Positions 44,300-59,330 of a DNA stretch of 64,000 nucleotides are shown one piece after another (position 1 is the first letter of the stretch; the number at the start of each line of letters is the position of its first letter). The translations under genes were made by a program, and so were the position numbers. The stretch comes from the human T2T-CHM13v2.0 reference genome, Homo sapiens, in assembly GCF_009914755.1 (NCBI RefSeq), contig NC_060935.1, one strand, 5' to 3'. The notes under the pieces are model-generated. The model ran no database searches, had not been told where the DNA came from, and was given only the letters and a program-made list of their open reading frames with translations.

Positions 44300-45098
44300 A
44301 ATACAATTTCCATTATATTACTTGTAATCACAAATAAATCCAAATAAATCCAATAGTGTTTGATCCTTCTATTATACCCTTATTTCTGCATTCTCTCCTC
44401 TAAATATTTTATGAATGTCTTAATTTTGAAAGTCTTAGATAACGGGGAGAAGAGAAGGCAATGCAAAAATGAAGCAGACAAGGTCCTTGACTTCAGGACA
44501 CTTGTAAGTGTCTCAGAATGTTGGCTTATTTACAGTAGAAACTTTGAAGGAGTTTGTATCTAAAAGCATTAATGGCAATAAACCACTAAATGACAGGGAG
44601 TGAATCATATATTACACTAAGGTAGCAGCACCAGCCCAGCAAAGTGACAGTAACAGTTCCATTCCTCACACGCTGTCCCTAAATCCCATTCTCCATCAAA
44701 AAAATAATAGGTTTCTTTTGAGCGGGATGGACCTGTAATCTCAGAGAAACATAGTTTGTCTTCTCCTACATGTTCCTATTCTAAAACATAAAAGAAATTT
44801 TTGTATTGAATAGATGAGAAGAATTTAAAAACTTCAGAATCAAGCTATTAAAATGGCAATCACAGAAATAATGACCTGGAATAATGTGCCCAAAGTGAAC
44901 CTGGTGGAAGGCCTTTGATCACAATCTAGCCTGAAGCTAAGAGGAGTCAGGAGGTGAGGGAAAGTTTTTTATAGCAAGGTAATTTTGAGATTACTTTTTA
45001 AAGTAGCATTTAATCTGTTAAAGACAAAACAATGTGAGTATATTAAAGAAATAATGAGAGAATAATGATACCCATTTTTATCCCAAAACATGTTTGCT

Positions 45099-45378
45099 TC
45101 TCACGCCTATAATCCCAGCACTTTGGGAGGCTGAGGTGGGCAGATCATGAGGTCAGGAGTTCGAGACCAGCCTGACCAATATGATGAAACCCTGTCTCTA
45201 CTAAAAATACAAAAATGAGCCAGGAGTGGTGGTGCACACCTGCAGTCCCAGCTACTCGGGAGGCTGAGGCACAGAATTGCTTGAACCCGGGAGGCGGAAG
45301 TTACAGTGAGCTAAGATCACACCACTGCACTCCAGCCTGGGTGCCAAAGTGAGACTCCATCTCAAAAAAAAAAAAAAA
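45099..45378 (+). mobile_element. AluS, 5'-truncated
   Basis: Starts at CTCACGCCTATAATCCC; poly-A tail. Confidence 0.92.
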
Positions 45379-45577
45379 GAGTGGTTTTAAAAATATTTTA
45401 GCAACTAAATCCTTATTCAGAAAATATACAAATCCAGTATATAAGCCAATAATAAATTAGTTGCTCTGGTAGAAGTTAAGATCGGAGGCCCAGCTGTTGG
45501 CACCCCTTTTTCTGTACCTATCCCCATTTCAGGGGATGCTGAGTCACCTCTACATAGTCCCTGTGTCTCCAGGAAAT

Positions 45578-45790
45578 ACAGGTTTTGGAGTCAGTCATAC
45601 CTGTATTTAATATTGGTTCTTCTTTATTTCCTTTGGTACCTGAATCAAAAGTTTCTAGTATTTCAGTCTCAGTTTTGTCATCTGTAAAATAGAATTTATG
45701 TCACAAACTTGGTGGAAGAATAAAATAAAATATGTAAAAATATTAGGCATATAGTAAATGCTCAATAAATCATAATTACTATTATTATCA
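45578..45790 (+). mobile_element. MIR
   Basis: TTTTGGAGTCAG...CTCAGTTTTGTCATCTGTAAAAT...GGCATATAGTAAATGCTCAATAAAT. Confidence 0.7.
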
Positions 45791-46049
45791 TTTTTACTAA
45801 TAGAGTATGCCCTGAAGTTCAGACTTTGATGTACTATGAGAATTTATGGCAAGATATCAAATTACAGGTTTTTGGGGGGAAATAAGTAAATAAATTTATT
45901 TGCATATAAAACTAGAAGCTTAAATCCAAAATTAATGGACAGTTCAAAATATATAGCCAGGTAGTTAATAGTTTTGGTTAGGTTACTGGTCTTTGCAAAA
46001 TGATTAGGAGAATTTAAAAAGCAAATCGGTTAGAATGAAGTGTATTCGC

Positions 46050-47201
46050 CATTCAGGACATAGGCATGGGCAAGGACTTCATGTCTAAAACACCAAAAGC
46101 AATGGCAACAAAAGCCAAAATTGACAAATGGGATCTAATTAAACTAAAGAGCTTCTGCACAGCAAAAGAAACTACCATCAGGGTGAACAGGCAACCTACA
46201 GAATGGGAGAAAATTTTTGCAATCTACTCATCTGATGAAGGGCTAATAGCCAGAATCTACAAGGAACTCCCACAAATTTATAAGAGAAAAACAAACAACC
46301 CCATCAAAAAGTGGGCAAAAGATATGAACAGACACTTCTCAAAAGAAGACATTTATGCAGCCAAAAGACACATGAAAAAATGCTTGTCATCACTGGCCAT
46401 CAGAGAAATGCAAATCAAAACAATGAGATACCATCTCACACCAGCTAGAATGGCAATCATTAAAAAGTCAGGAAACAACAGGTGCTGGAGAGGATGTGGA
46501 GAAATAGGAACACTTTTACACTGTTGGTGGGACTGTAAACTAGTTCAACCATTGTGGAAGTCAGTGTGGTGATTCCTCAGGGATCTAGAACTAGAAATAC
46601 CATTTGACCCAGCCATCCCATCACTGGGTATATACCCAAAGGATTATAAATCATGCTGCTATAAAGACACATGCACACGTATGTTTATTGCGGCAATATT
46701 CACAATAGCAAAGACTTGGAACCAACCCAAATGTCCAACAATAATAGACTGGTTTAAGAAAATGTGGCACATATACACCATGGAATACTATGCAGCCATA
46801 AAAAATGATGAGTTCACGTCCTTTGTAGGGACATGGATGAAGCTGAAAACCATCATTCTCAGCAAACTATCACAAGGACAAGAAACCAAACACCGCATGT
46901 TCTCACTCATAGGTGGGAATTGAACAATGAGAACACATGGACACAGGAAGGGGAACATCACACACCAGGGTCTGTTGTTGGGTGGGGAGATGGGGGAGGG
47001 ATAGCATTAGGAGATATACCGAATGTTAAATGATGAGTTAATGGGTGCAGCACACCAACATGGCACATGTATACATATGTAACTAACCTGCACGTTATGT
47101 ACATGTATCCTAAAACTTAAAGTATAATAAAAAAAGGAAAAAGGAACACGCACAAAAAAAACAAAATGTGAAAGAAAAAAGTAATAAAATTAAAAAAGAA
47201 A
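46050..47201 (+). mobile_element. 5'-truncated L1PA4-like 3' end with an extended tail
   Basis: ORF2 C-terminus (CWRGC...HCWWDC) and 3'UTR; perfect 18-bp TSD AGAATGAAGTGTATTCGC (46032-46049 / 47202-47219). Confidence 0.95.
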
Positions 47202-47244
47202 AGAATGAAGTGTATTCGCTAGAAAGATTTCTGTAAGTGTATTC

Positions 47245-47541
47245 TTTTTGTTTTGTTTTGAGATGGAGTTTTGCTCTTGTCACCCAGGCTGGAGTGCAAT
47301 GATGCCAGCTCAGTTCAGTGCAACCTCCACCTCCAGGGTTCAAGTGACTCTCCTGTTTCAGCCTCCCAAGTAGCTAGGATTAGAGGCACCTGCCACCACA
47401 ACCAGCAAAGTTTTGTATTTTTAGTAGAGACAGGGTTTCACCATGTTGGCCAGGCTGGTCTTGAACTCCTGACCTCAGGTGATCCCCCTGCCTCAGCCTC
47501 CCAAGTGCTGGGATTACAGGCGTGAGCCACTGCACCCGGCC
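47245..47541 (-). mobile_element. AluSx/Sq
   Basis: TSD GTAAGTGTATT. Confidence 0.95.
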
Positions 47542-48832
47542 GTAAGTGTATTATTTTCTCCTTTGTTCTTTTCATTTATGTATTTAATGATAGCAAAGAT
47601 TTTATACATATTCAGCATTTATCTACTTCTTGAGAAAGTGATCCCTTAGCAGCTTGTGGCTAGTTTCAACCCCTTTGTAATTAGCTATAGAATAGAAAAA
47701 GTGAAATTGCACATTTTCCCTCTTTAGTATATGAAATCTACATGATTTAGTTTTTGTTTGTAAGCCATCAATAGTGAGAACAGACAAGAAATTCATTAGG
47801 ATCTTGTGTGACCTGTGGGTCTAAATTTGTATGTTCTTCCCTTCTCTAGGAATATGTCTGGGATTTTAATCTTTGTGCCTATAATCTTTTTAGCTCAGGG
47901 ATCTAATCTAGCTATTGAAAACATGTAGTTTGGCCCCACATGGTACTGAAGGATTTTAAATGTGAATACTTAGAGGAAATTAATCTCTTTCTCAATTCTA
48001 ATCTCATATACATTTTACAGTTTTTCTTGAATTCCACAACAGTGACTAATGAAAGCAGTTGAATGAGACCCCTGTTAGAAAATCAACTTTGGTTACTAAA
48101 ATCAGCATCTCATGTCCCTGAGTGATATTGCAGACCCATTGGCACATTCTTACTACGATTTCTTTCTTTCCAATACCTCTTGTCAATTATTAACAGTGCT
48201 TGCCATCAAAATACCTTATGGCGTACATGTTCAAAGCCGCCAGTCTGTTATTTAAAGGTGATGCTCAACTTTGGCTAAGCTTGAAGTCGTACCCAAATAT
48301 TATGTCACAAAATTAAAGATCTTTTTCTGAGTGGGTTGTGTTTTGAGATAATTTCTGCACATGTTCAATCCTATTGAGTCTTTCGTTCTGTTCTTTAAAT
48401 AGTGCGATTATGTATATTAGTACCCTTATTTAGTCACTGGAAATCTGATCTTGAATGAATAGGGCAATAACCTTATATTATTGTCCACAATATGACTATA
48501 AGTATAGATAAAGCAAGTTTTATGATTACCACTGTATGGATGAGAATATTTCTTTAAACCTAAATACATTTAATGATTTTGACATCATGGTCTCAGCTTT
48601 CTTTTCTTTTTCTTCTAACCCTTATCACTTGTGGTAGGTAAATAACATACATTAAGAAAGGATGTGTTGAAATCAATTTAATCAAAGTAAAGAAAAATCT
48701 TTCTGGAAGGGTGATAAACTTTTTAATCCAAATTAATTTATTTTTACCCTTAATGTTTTATGAATTCTGTACAAAGAGGACACAGGATAAGACAAATTTG
48801 ACAAAAACTGATGTTTCAGCAATAGTAACGTA

Positions 48833-49050
48833 TATTTATTGAGAATATATTATGTGTTGTACAAGTTACTCTAAAGTTTCCTCAGATATAACACAATTGC
48901 TATAATATAGGTGCTACTCTTACCCACATTTTGCAGATGAGAAAATTAAAAGACTAAGAAGTCAAATAACATTTAATAGTTATGCAACTTGTGGGTGGCA
49001 AAGCCAGGGCTCTAATCTAGGGTCATTCTTGTTATTAGTACTACATTTCC
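48833..49050 (-). mobile_element. MIR
   Basis: ATTTATTGAG...CCCACATTTTGCAGATGAGAAAATT. Confidence 0.65.
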
Positions 49051-50225
49051 ACTCTTCTCTAATGTTATTATATTGTTTTTATTTCAGCGCTAATATGAAC
49101 AACTTTTTCTGGAAAACAGTTTCAGTGAGTATAGAAATCACAATGGAGAATTTGTCATAATTTTCTATTTTCTCACTTGTACAATCTGCCATTTCCTTGG
49201 TAATGTTTTTTCTGAAATTGAGATGTGTTGCGGCTAACAGTAGCAGTCTCTGCATTAAAGAGATTCCAGATGATTTAGACAAGTTGCTTACAATTTGCAT
49301 TTATGTTTGGGAAAATTATAGCAATGGTCTCCATGTGGTTTCTATCACTTTATTGCTCAGAGACCCCTTGTTCAGACACAGACACAGACACAGTCTTTGC
49401 TGATCAAAAAGTACACAAACTGTGAGTCACAGAAAAAGCAAACACAAAACCATTAATATCTCTTCCTTTTGTTGCCATTGTATAATTCTGTATCTAAATG
49501 ATTTGATCTCTTCTTGCTACAGATAAGTGACTCACAAAAGCTGATGGGAATTTACATGACCAATAACATTAGAAACAATTTATTTACAGGTGACAGAAAT
49601 GTTCTCCAGCTGATCAGAGAGGGAATAACGTTTTTATGTTGCCAAAGGATGAAGCTATTTTCTTCAGCCAGACTGCACATTTATATCAACTGAGGAAAGA
49701 AAGAAAAATCTCCTGACCTTTATCAAATTACTACATAATTAAAATTTAGATTTTTTGATTGACACATTAATATGAAAAGCAGTGTAAGTTCTGAAATATA
49801 GTATTAAGAACTTGAAAACAGGATTTGAAGACATTTGCTACTAAAGAAGAGGGTAGTGGGGATATAACAATAACACAGTTTATTCTCAAAGTAATGAGCA
49901 ATAAAATTCCTCAGCTGGATAGTGAGGAAAAACAAGAGCTTGAGATCCTATTGGCAGCACCCGAAGTTTACTGATGACAGTATATTGTATAAATGCATGG
50001 CTACCCAGGTATCACTGAAGAGAATTATAAGAAATGTCATTGACTTTTTCATTTTAATTTAAATGCATTAATAATGGTACACCGATAATGGAATATAGAC
50101 TGCTGGAGCGGATCATCTATTTTTAAGAACCCTTATGTTATAGATAAGGTAGTTAAAAATGCAATAGGGGAGCTGAAATCTTCCCGAAGTTATACCATGA
50201 ATGAGCTTCAGAACCAGTAGTGATC

Positions 50226-50544
50226 TCATATGGTTTGACTATGTCCCCACCCAAATTTCATCTTGAATTCCCACATGTTGTGGGAGGGACCTGGTGGGAG
50301 GTGATTGAATCATGGGGGCAGGTCTTTCCTGTCCTGTTCTTGTGATAGGGAATGAGTCTCAAGAGATCTGATGGTTTTAAGGAGGGGAGTTTCTGCTGCC
50401 ATCTGAGATGTGCCTTTCACCTTTCACCATGATTGGGAGGTCTCCTCAGTCACGTCAAACTATAAGTCCAATAAACCTCTTTCTTTTGTAAATTGCCCAG
50501 TCTGGGGTATGTCTTTATGAGGAGCATGAAAATGAAGTAATACG
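50226..50544 (+). mobile_element. THE1A solo LTR
   Basis: ATATGGTTTGACTATGTCCCCACCCAAAT...; perfect 5-bp TSD TGATC. Confidence 0.88.
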
Positions 50545-50804
50545 TGATCTGATTCAACTTTTTTTACTTTCGTAAAAATATATCTCAAGGAAGGCATTCT
50601 AATGGAGCATGAACAATAAGTAATACCTTACAGAGTCAGTCTCACCACCTATTGTCACAAATTCATTGTTTATTGTCACAATCCTCAACCCTTAGAGGAA
50701 CTACAATTACACAAATTATTCATGACCGGGGAAAGGTTGTGCTGTTTTGAAGTCCTTGGACACACTGCAAAATGTGGAGCAAGCTACATTTCAATAGAGT
50801 CTAG

Positions 50805-51275
<471 letters not shown>

Positions 51276-51289
51276 TCAAAAAGAAAAGC

Positions 51290-51695
51290 CCTAGTCAAAA
51301 GCACTATTTTGAAGATAAAATATAAAATTGCAATCTTCGTTGTGCCACTAGACAGCTGTGTTACTTTGAGAAATTTACTTAACTTCCCTAAGATTCATTT
51401 TCCTCATTTGCAAAATACATTACCTATTTTATATGGTCCATGTGACATTAGAATGAAATAAAGCATAGAGAAATACTAAATGTTCTTTGGAGAGTAAAAT
51501 CCCCACAGCTGAGAATCACTTGTTTAGAGCCTGACAGTTTTTATTTTTGATAGTCACAACTAGTGGAAGAGGTTTCTACTGACATCTGGTGAGTAGACAA
51601 GGATGTTAATAAAATCCTATAATGAACAGCATAGCTCCCCACAACAAAGAATTAATCTTTGAATATCAATAGTGCTAAGTTTCAGAAATTCTGCC
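51290..51695 (+). mobile_element. MIR followed by a MER20-like DNA transposon
   Basis: MIR core at 51340-51440; GTCACAACT...CTACTGACATCTGGTGAGTAGA...CCCCACAACAAAGAATT (MER20). Confidence 0.6.
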
Positions 51696-52889
51696 CTAAC
51701 TTATAACATTTATTTTTATTATCCAATTTACCATCACTTCTACTACTTCCATTTTTCTCTAATTTATAAATAATAGCATGGATACTAACAATGCTAATGT
51801 ATATTTTTGAAAATACATAATGCATGTCAAAGATGCAGGTGAGATGCAAATAAAAGGATTTATTTTTTATTATTTCTAATCTTTGGGGATTTTTGATAGA
51901 AGATAATAAAAAACTTTCTTTCATCACATGTTTAAAATGTACATATTCCTCATGGGGAAAAGAGATTAAAGTAATTTGAAGAGCTTGCTTCAGTTCAGCT
52001 CACCGAACAATTTTATCCCTCCACCTTGCTTATAATAAATCTCTGGCCCTAGCAAACACAGTGATAACTGAAATAGAAGGCAATCTCACTGCCACTTTTT
52101 CTATATCTTCACATCATTAGCTATCCTGCTGCAACTTTAAGTTATTATTCAAGATCACCATGTATTAGAGACATCCAAGGCAGACTAACACAGTAAAGGA
52201 GAGAACTATTTTATCAGCTTCTTTGTAGGTTAGATGAAAAGAGTAATATTTTTTCCTCCCCATTCTTTACAACCTACACTTGGATGACGAATGCCATACA
52301 GTTACTACAGGGGAAATGGATCATCTGATGGTATCTCACCATCATACTGCTTACATAATAAAAGAGTGTAGGTGATTAATGATGTTCAGAAGATAAATTA
52401 TATGATTAAATTTTCCCCACGTTTGTTATAGAATCATGTACAGAATCAAAAAACAAAAACAAAAAACAACCATGAAGCACCATCTTCTAACAGCAGGGAA
52501 TAGAGCTTTACTTATGTAGGAGAGGGGTACAGTTTGGTCCTAAGTTTGCCTGAAATTCAGATTGTTTGATCATTTCTGACAAGCTGACATGGAAGGCCTG
52601 CTTTATCCAGTTCAGCCAAGGAAGTGAGGAACCTCCAACTTTTATAAAAAGTCCATCATAAAGGAAAAAAGGCATATGATTCTGAGCACAGTAAGGTGTC
52701 ACCCAGAAGTGTCACTGGTCTACCTCCCAGGAACTCATGAACTGGAATAAAAACCTCTGGATTTGAATATTAGTTTTTAAGGCAGTTCTGCTTTTATTCC
52801 TAACAAAGTGGTCCATGAAAATATAAGGAGGCCTTCTTTCTGCAACCTCACCATAAATCATGGCTTAGCTTTGACAGTTAAAGAATTCA

Positions 52890-53190
<301 letters not shown>

Positions 53191-54231
53191 AGAACTCAGT
53201 TAATAGTACCCATAAGAAGAAGGAGGCCAGTATAAAAATGTGGCAGGAAGGAGTGCCAATGCTCAGCAAAAATAAATTTCTGGAAAGATGCAGACGTACC
53301 CATCAGTCATGCCAGTAGCATCCATCTGAGGAACCAGGGTTTCAAACACAAATTGTCACTAGTAGGAATGGGGGAGGCCAGCTGAAGCCTCCCGGTCTAC
53401 CAGACTCAGTAGAAACTAGCCAAGGTGGCACTTAGCTAGAAAAAGGGAGCTGAGCAAGAAGAAAAAAAAAAAAAAAGGAATTGTTAGTGACCAAATATAT
53501 AAAAGAGAGCTTGAATTCTATAACAGTTAAAACTGTAATAGATAATAATGCTTAGCAAGTGCTTATGTTGTTAGTATGGTACTAGAATCTAATCTTTGCA
53601 ACGATTTTTAAATGTATGTTACAATAACCTCAGTTTACAGATAAGAAATTTAGGGTAAATAACTTGTTATTGACAAATTTCTCCAATTTTATGTTGATTC
53701 TCTTAAAAAAAAATTCTACCTCATTTTGCCAGCCACTTAATACCAATGCCCTGGAAATTTTTGCTCACACTTTCTAATGAAACTCTTTGGTAAAGCGTGC
53801 TGACCAATCCCTTCACTGTCCATTCAAAGCCATTTTTTTCAATTTGAATGAAAATTCGCTCTTTGAGTTTTCTCCAGCCGTGGATGGCAGTCAGGAGACC
53901 TCGCTTGTTTAAACTCTCCCTTACATTACTCTCCTTCTTTCTCAAGGTTTCCAGATGAGTGCTTCTTTGGGTTCTCCACAGCTTTCTATTCTTCCAATTG
54001 CCAATTAATTTAGGAACACCTAAGCTCAAGCATATCTTCCCGTGCTTCTCCTTGTAGACCTCCATTAGATGGTCACTTTTGATTTCAAATAGAATTTCTA
54101 CAGTAATGGCTTTCAAATCTAACTCTTCAGTCCCAGTATTTTCTTTTTGGCCCCAGATATACCTTTTCAATTTGCACCTCAATATTTTTAATTAGGTGAC
54201 AAGATAATAGCTCAATGTTAACATATTATGA

Positions 54232-54508
<277 letters not shown>

Positions 54509-54669
54509 TTATTACCTTTCCTATCCCCCAACTCATTGGACTAATATTCTCACCCTCTTCTAATTTTGTCTTATCATTTTTGATTAATGATATCATTAAA
54601 GTGATATTTGACGCTCCTCTCTCAAAATTCCATCAGTACGTGGTCATTCTAACTGATCTTCAAGATGTA

Positions 54670-54938
54670 TTTTTTTTTTTTTTTTTTTTTGAGATGGAGT
54701 CTCTCTCTGTCACCCAGGCTGGAGTGCCGTGGTGTGACCTTGGCTCACTGCAACCTTCCGCCTCCCGGGTTCAAGCGATTCTCCTGCTTCAGCCTCCCAA
54801 GTAGCTGGGACCACAGGCGTGTGCCACCACGTCCAGCTATTTTTTGTATTTTTAGTAGAGACAGGGTTTCACCATGTTGGCCAGACTGGTCTTGAACTCC
54901 TGACCTCAGGTGATCCACCTGCCTCGGCCTCCCAAAGT
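54670..54938 (-). mobile_element. AluSx, 5'-truncated
   Basis: Poly-T; ends abruptly at CCTCCCAAAGT. Confidence 0.93.
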
Positions 54939-57167
54939 ACAGGGTGTCAGGTAAAAAGAAACAGAAAGAAAAATTAAAAAGTAAGCTCAAGCCCAAGCAG
55001 TGTGCTGAGTTGCATATTACCATGGCCTCAAACGGTCAGCTAAAGAGTTAGGCTTCTGTTCTATGTGCAAAGGGACCTCCTCACACTTCTAACCAATTTG
55101 CTTGTAACTCACCTTACCATGTTACTATATCTTGCCAATATTTGTTAGTATTCAAGTTTTATCTACTCTATTATTTTTAATATTCTCAAAAGCAAAACAT
55201 TTGAATTTCCTTCTGTTTATTTTGTATCATCTCTAGCCTCAGTATGGGCATTTCACTTATTGGAGGTCATAAAATATTTGCTCAACTGAATTGACCTGCA
55301 GAGCCAAAGTAGAAAATAAAAAGAATAAAAATGTTGGTTTGAAAATTGGTAGCAAAGTAATAATCTATTGACTATTAGCTTGCTTAGGATGTACATACAA
55401 AGGAAAAATGAGGTCAGTACAGTTACTGTATAATTGTTTGGTGATATTCATCTTATTGAAAATCAAATATTTGAGACCCAAATGTTGCTTCTCTCCAATC
55501 ATGTACAATTTCTAGATCCGGGCCAGTAGGGAAAATGGCCACAATTCTCCAACCTCTGATTACAGATTCTTTCTTATGTATTTTATGGGAATAAATTAAT
55601 ACATTAATAATCTTAAGTGATATAAAAATTATAGGCATGGTTTTAAATAGCTCTTTTGTCAAGTTTATACAAGAGCAAGGGAGAAAATCTTTAAGCCTCG
55701 ATCCAAATTCAAAAATTATGGCAATAATTTTTTAAAGTTTTACTGTAAAGAAAAGTAGACAGCTTAGTCCTGGGCCACTTACAAAAGAGCTCTTTATAAC
55801 AATGTCTTTTGGTCGTCGTGATCAAACGGAACTCAATACTTATCTCCCTGCTCCTGAGATTACCAGGTATTTTCTGCCACACTAAATGGAAATGTCTGTG
55901 TTAGTTAAGAATGTGATATACCAATGTGGCTGTGATCCAAACTAGACTCTGCAAACTCCAGAAGCACACAGTGCATGGGAAGAAAGATACATGGTCCTCA
56001 TGGGAAAGCATTAGCGTCATGACCTCATAAGAGTTAATGGACAAGAAGAATGACTTCGATGGGCTGTATAGAAAAACCTGCTGTTTCCTCTCAACACTTG
56101 CAAACCCCAGTGAAACTGTAGTAATTAATAGTGATTGGATCCAATAATGATTAGCCAAAGCATCTGCCATGGGCAGCTCCTGGGCACTCACATGACCTTC
56201 TGTGTGTTAATTAAGGGCATCACTGATCCAAATAGCCCAGTCTGCAGTTGATGACCCCACCACATGCAGAAGACACTGCCCTGCTTAGGGAGCTGTAAAG
56301 AAACAAATTGAGACATGCTGTAGTCTCAACTCAAAAGGTAGATTTAATTTAAATCAAAAAGTGACTGTTAGGTTAATTGTACCTATGACAACTTAGGGTT
56401 TATAAATAGGCACATGTGGACATTTAAGTGAGTAAGCCACTTAACATATGTACAAACTATTTGGGAGTGCATACACACACAAATGTGTATGTATCAAGTT
56501 GCTTGAGTGCTCTCCTAAAGATTAGTCATGTTTCAGAATGCAAATAAAAGCATATACACATATGTAAAATACTACAAAGTCTGAATAATTTGTTGGTAGA
56601 ATTTGGGAAAAATTACAAGGCACTGATATGTTATAGCCAATAACCCAATTGTTGTTTTTAATTTCATCAAAAAATTAAACCTATTTAATCTTATCAAACC
56701 AAAAATATCCCCCTCTGTGACTTATATATAAGATCCTGAGTATATTTTAATCTGTATCAAATCAGTGGAACTATTCAGTTGAATTCCATTTTAGTAGCAT
56801 ATCAAGACACAAGGAGAAAAGCTAGTTTTGAAATATTTCTGTATAGGGTTTTTTTTTTTTAATGGGCATTGTGAAGCATGCATTTGGTAATAGGAATAAT
56901 GGGAGGAGAAAAGAAGGCGTAGGATTTGTAGATCTACCAGAGAGAAAATCCTCAAATGAAATAAAGAGCAATACAAATCACAATTGTATCAAGTGCTGGA
57001 TTGTCCTGAACTAACTTGAAAGTCATAAAAGCACAGAGCAAAGAGAGAAGAATCAGAACATAGAGATTAGGGACTTTCGGGAAAATTACTAACTTTACCA
57101 GGATGCCATTTTATATCCTCAACACAAGGGCATATTTATGCTGTTTTCCATTTCTAGCTCATTATAA

Positions 57168-57345
57168 TCTATGATCCTCAAACTTCAGCACGCATCAGGA
57201 GCTCCTAGAAAGCTTGTTAAAACACAGAATGCTGGGCCTCATTTTCAGAGTTTCTGATTCTGTAGGCCTGGGGTAGGATCCCAGATTTTGTATTTTTAGA
57301 AAGTTGAATTGTGATGCTGCTGCTGGCGGCTGGGAGACTACACTA
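57168..57345. mobile_element. MER5A
   Basis: CTCAAACTTCAGCACGCATCAG...GCTTGTTAAAACACAGAATGCTGGGCC...CAGAGTTTCTGATTC. Confidence 0.75.
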
Positions 57346-57561
57346 ATAAATATGGCAACATTACTTTATTTAGATGCTTTAATATTTTGTCATTTCCATG
57401 TGAACAACAATCATTCTCTATTAGATTTTTCAAACTATACTTAACTCTTCAAATAATTTATAAAAAATGTTTCCTTTCTTTCATCCCAGAAATAATATTA
57501 AAGCCACAGGATTAGATAAATTCCCCTAATGAGAGATTAATTAGAGAAGAGAGAGGACCCC

Positions 57562-57942
57562 TGTATTAGTTTGCTAGGGTTGCCATACCAAAGTCTTACA
57601 GAGTGGGTCGCTTAAACAATAGACATTTATTTTCTTACAATTCTGCAGGCTAGAAGTTTAAGACCAAGGTGTCAGTAGGGTTGATTTCCTCTGGGGCTTC
57701 TTCCCTTTGCTTGTAGATGGATATTTTCCTTTCACATGGTCTTTTTTCTGTACGTGTCTGTGTCCTAATTTCTTCCTCTTAAAAGGACACCAGTCACATT
57801 GAATTAGGACTCACCAAAATGACATCATGGTAACTTAATTACCAGTTTAAAGACTCTATATCCAAATAGAGTTACATTCTGAGTACTAGGAGTGAGGCCT
57901 TCATGTTATGAATTTGGAGGACACAAAATTCAGTCCATAACA
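57562..57942 (-). mobile_element. MLT1B LTR
   Basis: TGTATTAGTTTGCTAGGG...AATTCAGTCCATAACA. Confidence 0.85.
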
Positions 57943-58276
57943 TTCCCCAAACCAACATTTTAAGATAAAATAGAAGGAAGCCAGAGAACGTTTCAATGTG
58001 AAAGGAAGGAAGACAATCAGGAGTGAGTGTGGTAGAAGAGAAGCCACTCACTATTGCCCAAATTATCAAAATTTAGACAAAAATGACAGATTGTCATGGC
58101 TTTATTTTTCTTATGACTAAATATTCAGGTTTGTATAGCAGAAAGTCCAGAACCCTTAGCAACTCTCACCATGATATTGTCCTCATCCCTATTTTTCTGA
58201 TTTTCAAACTTTGAGTTCATAGTGAGTCATCTAAATTGGCGTGGAGTATGTGAGTGCTGAATTCAAATCTTACATA

Positions 58277-58404
58277 GGCCAGGTATATTGGCTCATACCT
58301 GTCATCCCAGCATATTGGGAGGCTGAGGTGGGAGGATCACTTGAACTCAAGAGCTCGAGACCAGCCTAGGGAATATAGGGAGAGCCCATCTCAATTTTTA
58401 AAAA
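58277..58404 (+). mobile_element. FLAM/Alu left monomer
   Basis: Monomeric; TSD AAATCTTA(C/A)ATA. Confidence 0.85.
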
Positions 58405-59144
58405 ATCTTAAATAACAGTTTCACTAGAAATATTGTAAGAAACTGGGAACAAAGCAATGTTAAGGCTAGATGACACTGTAGTACAAAGGGCATGGAAGGA
58501 GGCATCTTTTACATTTGCCTGAAAGGCAGAAATCCTTTGGCAAAATAGGCTTCACATGACAGTGCTACTCTGGGACTGGGAAGACTTCAGAACAAGTGTG
58601 GCAGTCAGCACTGTACCAGATCAGCCATGGCAATTAGATAATGCATAATGAGCAGAAGCTGTAGAGATACCTGGGAAGAACCCAGGCCAAATAAAATTCA
58701 GCTGTGGAAGCAATTTACTCGCTCAAATCAAGGTAACGGCAGTGCGCTTCACAGGACTGTCTGTAGGCAGGGAAGTAGCCAGAAGAGGAAGAAAATGAGG
58801 ATGGCTGCCTGAACTTATTCTTGAGGATACATGAGATACATTTATTGGCTTCCCAAAATAACTGAGAAGTTGTTGGCAGGGCATGGGTTTCCCACAATAG
58901 CCACTGGTGTCAAGAAGTAGCAAAACATGGACTATGTTAAAAAAAAAAAAAAAATGAGGGCAAGAATGAGAGGAAACAGAAAAAAAGAAAAGCATACAGG
59001 AACATATCTTTAGTTGTATATGGCTATTCGCCACTTACATTTTTAGAAAATAAAGTTCTCTGAACATCAGGTCTTCAGTGATTTCTCTGAGTTGAGAACC
59101 TGTATATTTATTTATCACCAAACAATATATTAATGCTCAATTGC

Positions 59145-59330
59145 TAATTCATTTCCACAAACATGGATAGAAAGCCTGCTATTGTGTAAAGTACTCTGAC
59201 AGGGACTGGAAAACAAAGATGAATAAGACATTGGCCCTGATTTTTAATAAGCTCATGGTATTGTCAGGTATACACACTGTCAGGCCTTCTCAAACATGTA
59301 ATGAATATACTATGCTAAAAATGTGTATGG
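59145..59330 (-). mobile_element. L2 fragment
   Basis: ATTCATTTCCACAAACAT...AAAGATGAATAAGACATTGGCCCTG. Confidence 0.6.

Noticed and set aside
48200-48330. Possible minus-strand exon ending in AAG|GTATTT
   Set aside because: There is an in-frame stop shortly upstream, no convincing acceptor and no recognisable peptide.
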